Part shown: positions 1-8,177 of the stretch, piece by piece | Layout of the letters: every line of letters begins with the position of its first letter | How positions within the stretch are numbered: position 1 is the first letter of the stretch | Assembly: GCA_024685775.1 (NCBI GenBank) | Contig: JAIKVL010000016.1 | Location: 40,128 to 104,127, forward strand | Source of the DNA: Clostridia bacterium | GTDB lineage: Bacteria; Bacillota; Clostridia; Christensenellales; CAG-1252 | DNA: 64,000 nucleotides | Direction: 5' to 3' | Notes under the pieces: generated by a model | Database searches by the model: none | The model's input: the letters and a program-made list of their open reading frames with translations, nothing else | What the model was told of the DNA's origin: nothing | Translations under genes and position numbers: made by a program

Positions 1-516
1 CGCCGCAGGCTTGCAGGTGCGAATAGATCGTGATCGCGCCGACGTATTTGAACCCGCGCTTTTTAAGATCCGCGCTGATCCGCTCGGAAAGCCCGTTCGA
101 GACGGGGATCTTCCCGCCCTCTTTTTCGTGTCCTTCGTAAAGGATCGTTTTTTCGCCCGAAAACGCCCAAAGATACGAGCAAAAACTCCCGAACTCTTCG
201 CGGATCTTCAAGAAACATTTCGCGTTCCCGACGATCGCCGCGATTTTTCGGGGCGCTTTGAGCATATTCTCCGTTTGAAGGACGCGCGCCTCGTCTTCTT
301 CGGTAAACCGCGCGATCTTCTCGAAATCGAAATCGCAAAAACAAACGCGAAACACCGCGCGCTTTTTCAGCATCAAGCTCCACGATAACCCGCATTGCAG
401 GCATTCGAGCGAGAGATGCTCGAACATCACTTTATCGTCGAAGACGGGGACGCCCCACTCTTCGTCGTGATAGGTTTTCAAATCGGCGCTTCCGTTCGCC
501 CAATCGCAGTAACCCA
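1..516 (-). CDS. tag: DNA-3-methyladenine glycosylase I (Tag); the C-terminal few residues lie outside the window
   Basis: Absent from the ORF track because it runs off the window edge. Minus-strand translation starts at GTG 516, preceded by AAGGGAGAAA. It reads VGYCDWANGSADLKTYHDEEWGVPVFDDKVMFEHLSLECLQCGLSWSLMLKKRAVFRVCFCDFDFEKIA...YSHLQACG. That is 172 codons with no stop down to position 1. It matches the Tag signature YHDxEWGVP / LxLExxQxGLSW. Confidence 0.8.
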
Positions 517-518
517 CT

Positions 519-1319
519 TTATTTCTCCCTTTCTTTTTCGCCGCCCGATCGAACGCGCTTTCGCGCGACGAGTCCGAACGAAAGATAGAAAAGCGTCGTC
601 AACGCCCAAAAGATCAAAACAAAGAAATTGACCTCTTCTTTCCATTTCAAAAAGACGACCGCGCCCGAAAGAATGAATAACACAAGCGCGTACCCCGGGC
701 GGAAAGAATCGCTTCCCGTTTTCATAAAGTCGCCGAGCATCAGGAAAAAGCAAGGGACGAGCGCAAACACCGCCGCGAACTCGACCGCGAAAAAGACCGA
801 GCGAAGCGGCTCCCGCATAAAGGACAAATAGCAAACGGGGATCGCCATCGCGAAAAGAGTCAAGTAGACGACGGACGCGATCGCGAGAAACCTGTCCTTT
901 CCTTCGAGACAGACCTCGACCGAACGGACGATCATCGAAGCGATCAAAAAACCGTACGCGACGAACTGTACGGGGGCAAGCGTAAATCCCGTGTGCATCA
1001 TTCCGCCGAAAAGAAGCGCCGCGCTCGCGACGAGAAGTCCTTTCGATCTCGTTTCGAACGGGAAAACGACCCCTCGGATCATCGCTCTCCCCGTTTCGAT
1101 CGCGGGCGAAACGAACAGCGCGACGCCGAAGAGAAGGCTCGCCGCCGTAACGGAATAGGCAATATAGTTAAAGACGTTTCCGGACGAGAGCGCATAATCG
1201 CCGCCCGAGCGAACGCTGAGAATGAGCGCCGCGAGCCTTTCGCCGATCAAGATCAAAAAATACAGATAAAAACCGACGATTTCCGCTCGGTTCAAAAACA
1301 GTTTCCTTTTATCGTTCAT
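519..1319 (-). CDS. hypothetical polytopic membrane protein (266 aa)
   Basis: ATG start at 1319. The protein has about 8 hydrophobic segments. Its stop abuts the tag start. I recognise no family motif. Confidence 0.6.
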   Translation of the reverse strand: MNDKRKLFLNRAEIVGFYLYFLILIGERLAALILSVRSGGDYALSSGNVFNYIAYSVTAASLLFGVALFVSPAIETGRAMIRGVVFPFETRSKGLLVASAALLFGGMMHTGFTLAPVQFVAYGFLIASMIVRSVEVCLEGKDRFLAIASVVYLTLFAMAIPVCYLSFMREPLRSVFFAVEFAAVFALVPCFFLMLGDFMKTGSDSFRPGYALVLFILSGAVVFLKWKEEVNFFVLIFWALTTLFYLSFGLVARKRVRSGGEKEREK

Positions 1320-1350
1320 TGCAGCACATCCTTTTTTTCGACAGGCGGCG

Positions 1351-2529
1351 TCACGCCGCGGGATTTTTGGTCTTTTTGTCGAGTTTCGAATATTCCTTAT
1401 CCAAATAAAGTTTATAGTCCGCTCGTTGCATACATTTTTGAATGGAATCGCCGTCTCCCAAGAATTCGTCGTATCCGACGCCGACGGAAAGCTCGTACTT
1501 CGTCTTTCCCTGTTTGGAATTCACGCGAAGTTCTTGACGGATCTTTTCGATCAATTCCACGACTTCTTTTTCCTCTTTCGGATGATAGAGGATCACGAAC
1601 TCGTCGCCGCCGTATCTTGCGAGGAACGATGTCGTCGAGTTTGCGTTGACCACGTTTTTCAGCGAACTCGCAATGATCTTCAATGCTTTATCGCCTTCCG
1701 CGTGACCGAACGTGTCGTTGATCATTTTGAAATTATTTGCGTCGATCATAACGACGAATGTTTTCTTGTTTTCGCGATTGATATTGGAGTCCTGCGCGAC
1801 GTAGCGCATCAACTGCCCCCTGTTATTCAGCCCGGTCAAAGGATCGATCGAGATCTGTTTTTCCATCGACTGGATGTAAAAGATCATCATAATGATCGTG
1901 CTGACGAAACAATATACCGGCGTTCTCGGCAAAAAGAATATTTGAAACAAACCTCCCATAACGATCAAAACGGGAAGAAACCCAATATACAAATGCTTCT
2001 TCCTTTCGAGTTTGTTTCTTTCGCCGATTGCGCAACGCAAAGCATAGAACAAAACGGCGACGATATAGATCCCCGGCACAATCGATAAAAAGATCGTATA
2101 TCCGAACTTAACTTCGTTGGTCGAACTAATCAAAGTCGTCGGCGCGACGAAATAGAGAATAATCATAACGATCGTCGAGATAATAAACGGAAACGCGACT
2201 GCGAATTTATTGATCAGGCGATCTCTGTGAGGCGAGTTCTCGACTGCCATAACGTAGCGAAGCCACATATACACTATGAAGACATTATCAAGGTAAATAA
2301 TAAAGTTCATTATAACGACGGAAACGCGCGTTCGCGGAATCACGCCGTCCACAACAGCCGACCAAATGCAATCGAAAAAGAAATACATCATAAACGCGAT
2401 CAGCGCGTGATCGAATTTTATCTGCTTTTCCTGTCTGTCCACGTTAAACAAGTCGCGAGCGAGCATAATTCCGAACAGAATCATACAAACCACGTTCGAC
2501 TCGATATAATAAATCAAATAGTCCGACAT
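1351..2529 (-). CDS. membrane-anchored diguanylate cyclase (GGDEF domain)
   Basis: I trimmed the track ORF 1351-2688 to ATG 2529, which has GGAGAAA upstream. The removed N-terminal 53 aa are Arg/Lys-rich junk. The N-terminal half has about 6 TM helices. The C-terminal half carries LTGLNNRGQL...MIDANNFKMINDTFGHAEGD...ARYGGDEFVILY. Confidence 0.85.
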   Translation of the reverse strand: MSDYLIYYIESNVVCMILFGIMLARDLFNVDRQEKQIKFDHALIAFMMYFFFDCIWSAVVDGVIPRTRVSVVIMNFIIYLDNVFIVYMWLRYVMAVENSPHRDRLINKFAVAFPFIISTIVMIILYFVAPTTLISSTNEVKFGYTIFLSIVPGIYIVAVLFYALRCAIGERNKLERKKHLYIGFLPVLIVMGGLFQIFFLPRTPVYCFVSTIIMMIFYIQSMEKQISIDPLTGLNNRGQLMRYVAQDSNINRENKKTFVVMIDANNFKMINDTFGHAEGDKALKIIASSLKNVVNANSTTSFLARYGGDEFVILYHPKEEKEVVELIEKIRQELRVNSKQGKTKYELSVGVGYDEFLGDGDSIQKCMQRADYKLYLDKEYSKLDKKTKNPAA

Positions 2530-2885
2530 TCGATTTCTCCTTTTTCTCTTTCGCTTAGGCTTTCTTTTCTCCTCGCTTCTTTTGCGGGGGGTACTTCTTT
2601 CGCCACCGCTTCGATCAGTCGAAGCGTCAGCGCGTCTTCCGCGTCCGCCGCGATCATTTCCTTCGCGCCCTCGTAGGGAAGCTCCCATTGCAGCTCTCTT
2701 CCTTCCTCCGAAAGGATCGCAAGCGCGCCTTTCGCGGGCTTTAACAAAAGCCTGTTATCATAGATCCCGCCGACGACCTTCCCTTGATAATAGAGGACGA
2801 ATTCCCCCATCATCGGCCGATAGGTCACGTCGGACGAACGCAGACTTTCAATTACGAATTCCAAATACTCTTTATCGGACGCCAT
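2514..2885 (-). CDS. TfoX N-terminal domain family protein
   Basis: MASDKEYLEFVIESL...RPMMGEFVLYYQGKVVGGIYDNRLLLK matches the TfoX_N pattern (MFGgyglY.dGk.fa.i.ddrLylK). The start is ATG 2885 with AAAGGAG upstream. The track's TTG at 2891 is less likely. Confidence 0.7.
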   Translation of the reverse strand: MASDKEYLEFVIESLRSSDVTYRPMMGEFVLYYQGKVVGGIYDNRLLLKPAKGALAILSEEGRELQWELPYEGAKEMIAADAEDALTLRLIEAVAKEVPPAKEARRKESLSEREKGEIECRTI

Positions 2886-3414
2886 TTTCAAACCGCTCCT
2901 TTGTCAAATAACAGTAATGCTCCGTCCGGTTTTCACCGAACGGGACGCAGGTCTTATCTTCTTCCGTATGGTGAAAACAAAACCCGCATTTTTCGGCTGC
3001 ACGCCGCGAACGCTCGTTCCCGTCGTAAAACCCGCACCAAACGGCGGTCACGCCGAGATCTTCGAATGCGTGGCGAAGCAGCGCGCGCGTTGCTTCGGGG
3101 ATCAATCCTTTTCCCCAAAAAGGGACGCCGATCCAATATCCGATCTCCCTTTCGGAAGACGCGATCTTCGTATGCGCCGCGGTCGGCGCGATCAAGCCGA
3201 TGCTACCGATCGCCTTTCCCGTCTCTTTCAGACAAACCGCATAGGTTTCTTCGGCGCTGAACACGTTTCGAATGACCCACAAACTGTCCGCGACGCTTTT
3301 GTGCGGTTTCCACCCGGCGATCGGACCGACGGCGGGGTCTTTCGCATATTCGTATAAACTCTCCGCATCCGTTTCTTCCCACGGACGAAGGATCAATCGC
3401 TCGGTTTGCAGCAC
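2872..3414 (-). CDS. GNAT family N-acetyltransferase (RimJ/RimL-like)
   Basis: The N-terminus is LQTERLILRPWEETDAESLYEYAKDP. It also has GYWIGVPFWGKGLIPEATRALLRHAF and NERSRRAAEKCGF. The start is GTG at 3414 with GAGGA upstream. Confidence 0.85.
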   Translation of the reverse strand: MLQTERLILRPWEETDAESLYEYAKDPAVGPIAGWKPHKSVADSLWVIRNVFSAEETYAVCLKETGKAIGSIGLIAPTAAHTKIASSEREIGYWIGVPFWGKGLIPEATRALLRHAFEDLGVTAVWCGFYDGNERSRRAAEKCGFCFHHTEEDKTCVPFGENRTEHYCYLTKERFENGVR

Positions 3415-3552
3415 GGTTTTTCCTCGATAGCAAGTATTTTCGCGACGAAACGCGAATAAATATAATTTATATTATATCACATCTCGCGCAAACGTTTTCA
3501 CCTCTTGACGAAATCGTCGGTTTTATGAGGGATCCGAAAGAGGCGTTTTTCT

Positions 3553-3855
3553 TTACTCCTCCGCTTCGAGAAGGAAGCTGACGGGACGAAACCCGTCGTT
3601 ACAGGAGATCATCGCGGAACGTTTGTTTTTCATCCAACCGTCGTAAAAATCTTCCGCGCCGCAAGCGAGCGCGAAGACGAAAGGCGAGACGGAATCCCAC
3701 GCGCTGTCGCAAAATCCCTCGGGCTTCTTTCCCTCTTCCGAGAGAAAGACCGCGCCTTCCTTCATATCGCAGGCGTGTTCGATCGGGTTTTCATACTGCT
3801 CGATCAGATCCTTATAACACGCGATCCTTTTCACCGTGATCCTGACTTTTTTCAT
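3553..3855 (-). CDS. TIGR04076-like small Cys-containing protein (100 aa)
   Basis: Trimmed to ATG 3855. MKKVRITVKRIACYKDL...PEGFCDSAWDSV...ISCNDGFRPVSFLLE resembles my memory of the TIGR04076 family (KITV..., PEGFC.WAW, C.DG.RPV.F.LE). The upstream 66 aa of the track ORF are Arg/Ser-rich and overlap the neighbouring gene region. Confidence 0.6.
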   Translation of the reverse strand: MKKVRITVKRIACYKDLIEQYENPIEHACDMKEGAVFLSEEGKKPEGFCDSAWDSVSPFVFALACGAEDFYDGWMKNKRSAMISCNDGFRPVSFLLEAEE

Positions 3856-3898
3856 TTTCCCTCTCTTTCGAATCGGTCGCTTGACGCGCCGTTTCCCT

Positions 3899-5284
3899 TT
3901 ATCTGTATCGCCGATGCGTCTCGTAATAGAAGTGCTTATCGGCGAACATCCTTTCATCCGCGAGATGCATCGCCGTCGGAACGTCGATCTTTTCTCCGAC
4001 GATCGCGACGCCGACCGCGAAATGCAGGTGCTCCGCCTTATCGGCTTCCGCATACAATTGCTTTACGCGCGCTTCGGATTCTTCTTTTTTCATTCCCGGC
4101 GCCAAGATCACGAATTCGTCGCCGCCCACGCGGAAAACGCTCGCTTCGGGGAACGTTTTGCAAAGGATCGACGCCGCGGTTTGCAAGAGCCGATCTCCCG
4201 CCTTATGCCCCATCGTGTCGTTGACCCATTTCAAGCCGTTCAGATCAGCGAAGACCACCGAACAGGGTTCGGTCAATTTCGTTTTCCCGGAATCGATGTC
4301 GCTCAATAATTCGTTCATCGAATTGCGGTTTTTTACTCCCGTCAGCATATCCGTCGAACTCATCAATTCCAGCTTTTGCAAAAGCAGGTAATTGGAGATC
4401 TCGGAAGCGATAAAAAACGTCGCAAGTTCGAGCGTTTCTTTGATCATGACGGTGTTTTCGATATTAAAGTTCGTCGCCCAAATATAACCGAGCGTTTCGT
4501 TGTTATAGTCAAGCGGGAACAGGACGATGCTTTTGATCCCCGACGCGACCAAAGACGCGCGCCAGATCGGGTTGACCGATCCGAGCCAGTTCATATCCTG
4601 CCGGTCTTTTACGATGACGCAGGTGCTGTCTCCGATCGTTTCTTTCCAAGTCTTGACCATTTCGAACGTTCTATCGTTCATATAGTGCTTGAAAGAGATT
4701 AACTTGCTCCCCGGTTTTACGGCGTCGTAAAGAAGATCGCATTTTTCGGTCTGCTCGTCGGCAAGTAAGACGCCGCAATCATCCGAATCGCAGATTTTGC
4801 GGATATCTTCGACGACCTCGTAAAACTTGCTCTTATCGTTTCCGGATTCCCTGAGCCTGATGCAGGTTCGCAAGACCGCGGAAGCAGTGTCGGCGGAAAG
4901 GCTCGTCCGTTGCTCGGAATCCTCGTACGGCGTAACCTCGTAAGAATACGCGCAATAGCCGACGTTTTCCACGTCCGATTTCAGCGGAAGCAAGATCATA
5001 TTCAGCCAAAGATTCATTTGCGGAAGCCTGACGTACGAATGCAGGTTTTGCCCTCGGATCGCCGCGCGATAACAGTAATCTTCGAAGTTTTTATTCGTCG
5101 GAAAATAGTTTTCATAGGGCGAATTCGGAAGAAAGGGATGCCCCATCGTAAGGAGCATATCGTCGTAATGCGCCTTATTTCCGTCCACGATGCGGATATT
5201 CCCGTAATCGCCGTTCGGGAAAACTTCCACCGACATAATACACGTCTTGTTTTCGTATGCGGAAAGCACTGCGCTGAAATCCAT
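3899..5284 (-). CDS. cytoplasmic diguanylate cyclase (N-terminal sensor-like region plus GGDEF)
   Basis: The C-terminus reads LTGVKNRNSMNE...FADLNGLKWVNDTMGHKAGD...FRVGGDEFVIL. The track start at 5329 is a TTG. ATG 5284 has a perfect AAGGAG 6 nt upstream. Confidence 0.85.
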   Translation of the reverse strand: MDFSAVLSAYENKTCIMSVEVFPNGDYGNIRIVDGNKAHYDDMLLTMGHPFLPNSPYENYFPTNKNFEDYCYRAAIRGQNLHSYVRLPQMNLWLNMILLPLKSDVENVGYCAYSYEVTPYEDSEQRTSLSADTASAVLRTCIRLRESGNDKSKFYEVVEDIRKICDSDDCGVLLADEQTEKCDLLYDAVKPGSKLISFKHYMNDRTFEMVKTWKETIGDSTCVIVKDRQDMNWLGSVNPIWRASLVASGIKSIVLFPLDYNNETLGYIWATNFNIENTVMIKETLELATFFIASEISNYLLLQKLELMSSTDMLTGVKNRNSMNELLSDIDSGKTKLTEPCSVVFADLNGLKWVNDTMGHKAGDRLLQTAASILCKTFPEASVFRVGGDEFVILAPGMKKEESEARVKQLYAEADKAEHLHFAVGVAIVGEKIDVPTAMHLADERMFADKHFYYETHRRYR

Positions 5285-5329
5285 GTTTTTCTCCTTTTCT
5301 TCGGGTTTCTTATCGAACCGCTTTTCCAA

Positions 5330-8177
5330 ATATATTTTTATTATAAATATTTAGATGTGACAAAACTGTTACAAATCCTCGAAGGGAAGGAAAAAAGTTC
5401 ATTACAATGATAACTCCGTAGATCCTAATTCGCCTCTTTCCGTTATTACGTTCTGCAATCCGCTATTTCAACAAATTTTGCAAAAAAGCAATAATCCTTT
5501 CTTTCTCATTGCTTTCATTTGTTTTCAACCGCAGTAACGGTATTCCCGCTTTTTCCAAAATGCAATCTTTCTTTGCGTCTCTCTCCGTTTGCGCCTTTTG
5601 CTGTTCGTGGAAAGAAACGCCATCGACCTCTATTACGCCCAAAGGCTTCTTGCTCATTTTATTATAAATTAAAAAATCAGCATGACTGTTGGGGTTGTTT
5701 AAGAATCTATTCTCTTCAGCAGATAACACCGAATGATCCAATTTGACAAATTCTTTAAGCGACACATGCATTGCATATCTTAGGTTATTGAAGCCTGAGG
5801 CTATTATTTCCCCGATCAAAACTTTTGTAATGTTTTCCGTGTCATAATCTTTAGAAGGATATTTCTTTTTAAACCGAGCTAACGCTTCTTGGTATTCTTC
5901 ATATAAAAGATCATAGACAGAGCGAACCGTTCCTTCTTCCACATGACCGAAATCTCCATGATAAGATATATAACCGACCAGATCCGAGAGAACTCCGGTT
6001 TTTGATTTTGCAGCTTTATCGGAAGTAACGAGAATAAAGCGATCCGTTGCCCTTGATACTGCGACATTTATTAAGTTTTCATTGTTCACAAAATCATTCG
6101 TATCATTTACAACGCTTGAAAAAATTATCGTCTTCTTTTCTCGCCCTTGGAATTTATGAATCGTACTTGCATCCACCTTGTCTCCCAGTTGCGCTTGAAT
6201 CAATTCTGCCTGATATGCATACGGCGTAATTACGCCGATATCCGATAAATCCGTTTCCTCAACGATCTTTTTTATTTCGTCGATCTCTCTCTGATTATAA
6301 AGCCCTGACCCATAAGGATTCTTTCTGGCAAAATTACCCTGAACGGTTTTTACTACCGTCATAGTCTTTGGATCAGCACTTTTTTCTTTATAAACGATCA
6401 ATTCGTTGTTATAAAACTCTTCGTTACAAAAGTTAATAATATTCGGATCGCATCTATAGTGTTCTTTCAATAATTGTTTGGGAATTCGATTACCATAGAG
6501 CGAAAGGAAACTGCTCATAATGTTATTCCCATAATAGCTATACGCTTGTTTCACATTATATTTCCGAAGCAAATCGCTATTGCGCTCCTTAAAACTCTCG
6601 TCATCAATTTGCGGCAACTGTTTTGTATCTCCGACAACTACAATGTTCTTAGCCATTTGCATAGACAATAAAGCGCTTGCCATATTGACCTGTGAAGACT
6701 CATCGACTATAAGATAATCAAACAAATAACCTTTTTGGCTACATTTTGCCAGCGAATAAGTCGAACTCAAAACCACAGGATAATCGCTTAGGAAATCATT
6801 GAATAACTTTTTGTAGTTATTCTCCTCATAGACCCGGTTTTGCCTTTTCATATAGAGTCTCACTAATTTGTTTGTAAAAAAAACCTGTGATAAGGAAATC
6901 AACTCTTTTACTCTTTCTGAAACAGATTGATTTTCCAGTTTTCTATTTAATACTTTGATACGATTGCTCAATTTATTATTTTTGGATATATAATACAAAT
7001 ATTCAAGAATCTGCAATACGTCCGAAGATTTCGTCACAAGCATTCTTTTTGTTATACCCAACCTGATTGCAACAAGCATTCTTTTCAAAAAGCCTATCTT
7101 CTTCTTTTCTTTCAGTTTTACAATCAAGTCCATTATAAACTCAGGACTTATCGCTTTTTTTCTGTAATACTTTTGAAATTTTGATATATCTTTGTCTTGC
7201 AAAAAATGTTTTAATTCAAGTATTGTAGCGTTTTGTTTTTCTATCTCTTTTTTTATTTCATTTTCTATCTCGCAATACAACGGCAAATCATTGAACAGCT
7301 CTCTTAATCTCCATTCATCCACTTGCTTTTCTTCCAATTTCGGCACATCGCTTTTATATTCACAAAAGAATTTGGTTACGTTTTCAGCATTTCCAAGCGG
7401 CGCCGCAATAAAAGAATACCCGTACTTCTCCAGTTTTTCATATACATTGTTTGTTGCGGAATTATTATTCGATACTACAGCCACACTCTTCCCTCTGATG
7501 ACTGCATTACTGATAATATTTAGTATTGTTTGAGTTTTTCCCGTCCCGGGCGGACCCTCAATAATAGCCATTCTGTTTTCAAACACTCTTTTCAAGGCTT
7601 CCATCTGACTTTCATTTAAGCCAAATGGACAAATCATTGGAATTCTTTCAGTCTGCTCGATTCTCCCCAATGCTCCTTGTAAATACAATGCTAAAACGCT
7701 GTTTTCATTCACATAACTAAGATTTTCGAATTGTGAAACCAAAAAGACATCTTCTTCGCTTTTACAAGTTTCTTTCACGACATCCCGATAATATGAAATT
7801 ATTTTTGATGCAGAAATATCTTTTTTTAGGAAATCCTTAACAACCTCAATTTCCTCTTTCCACGCTATACTTGTAAACCCCGAGCTATAGAATATTTTGT
7901 AAATCTTGTCATTAAATAGAATCAGTTTGGTGACGTTCGTGCATGGCGAATGCTTAAATATAATATTTGCAAATTCAACATTTTTCGGAGAATCAAATAC
8001 CCTCATTTTCCGAAATGAAACATAAACAGGATGATTAGACCCTGAAAAAACAACCCGCCATGCTTTTTCATCCCGCTCATACCAATAAACATTATCCGTA
8101 GCATCAAACCAAGAATCCTTCTTAGTTGAATAAAAATAAATAAGTACTTGATTCGGATTCATACAATCAACTTTAGA
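5330..8177. other. low-GC compositional islet containing a single gene
   Basis: By eye the segment is strongly A+T-rich (for example 5331-5420 and 7141-7260). Both flanks (<5284 and >8178) are G+C-rich with GC-ending codons. The transitions coincide with gene boundaries. Confidence 0.65.
5463..8162 (-). CDS. SF1B (UPF1/DNA2-like, AAA_11/AAA_12-type) helicase with C-terminal DUF2726-type nuclease-fold domain and an unassigned N-terminal domain
   Basis: 899 aa with an ATG at 8162. Helicase motifs: Walker A GPPGTGKT (nt 7533-7556), DESSQV, VVVGDTKQLPQI, KEHYRCDPNIINF, TIHKFQGREKKTIIFS and NVAVSRATDRFILV. A K/E-rich insertion sits between Walker A and motif II. The C-terminus reads HADFLIYNKMSKKPLGVIEVDGVSFHEQQKAQTERDAKKDCILEKAGIPLLRL, which fits the DUF2726 / PD-(D/E)xK-like pattern. 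I recognise nothing in the first ~170 aa. Confidence 0.85.
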   Translation of the reverse strand: MNPNQVLIYFYSTKKDSWFDATDNVYWYERDEKAWRVVFSGSNHPVYVSFRKMRVFDSPKNVEFANIIFKHSPCTNVTKLILFNDKIYKIFYSSGFTSIAWKEEIEVVKDFLKKDISASKIISYYRDVVKETCKSEEDVFLVSQFENLSYVNENSVLALYLQGALGRIEQTERIPMICPFGLNESQMEALKRVFENRMAIIEGPPGTGKTQTILNIISNAVIRGKSVAVVSNNNSATNNVYEKLEKYGYSFIAAPLGNAENVTKFFCEYKSDVPKLEEKQVDEWRLRELFNDLPLYCEIENEIKKEIEKQNATILELKHFLQDKDISKFQKYYRKKAISPEFIMDLIVKLKEKKKIGFLKRMLVAIRLGITKRMLVTKSSDVLQILEYLYYISKNNKLSNRIKVLNRKLENQSVSERVKELISLSQVFFTNKLVRLYMKRQNRVYEENNYKKLFNDFLSDYPVVLSSTYSLAKCSQKGYLFDYLIVDESSQVNMASALLSMQMAKNIVVVGDTKQLPQIDDESFKERNSDLLRKYNVKQAYSYYGNNIMSSFLSLYGNRIPKQLLKEHYRCDPNIINFCNEEFYNNELIVYKEKSADPKTMTVVKTVQGNFARKNPYGSGLYNQREIDEIKKIVEETDLSDIGVITPYAYQAELIQAQLGDKVDASTIHKFQGREKKTIIFSSVVNDTNDFVNNENLINVAVSRATDRFILVTSDKAAKSKTGVLSDLVGYISYHGDFGHVEEGTVRSVYDLLYEEYQEALARFKKKYPSKDYDTENITKVLIGEIIASGFNNLRYAMHVSLKEFVKLDHSVLSAEENRFLNNPNSHADFLIYNKMSKKPLGVIEVDGVSFHEQQKAQTERDAKKDCILEKAGIPLLRLKTNESNEKERIIAFLQNLLK

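Noticed and set aside
2530-2688. Arg/Lys/Ser-rich N-terminal extensions on track ORFs. Other examples are 3856-4053, 25141-25467, 41386-41538, 60227-60319 and 61621-61746.
   Set aside because: The extensions overlap the upstream gene or intergenic DNA and have junk-like composition. In every case an internal ATG with a good Shine-Dalgarno sequence begins the recognisable domain or signal peptide.
5400-5423. An imperfect direct repeat with 8160-8178 as a target-site duplication that delimits the low-GC islet.
   Set aside because: It gives only about 17 matches over about 24 aligned positions, with three gaps, in A+T-rich sequence. That could easily be chance. I mention it in the islet finding but do not call it a feature.
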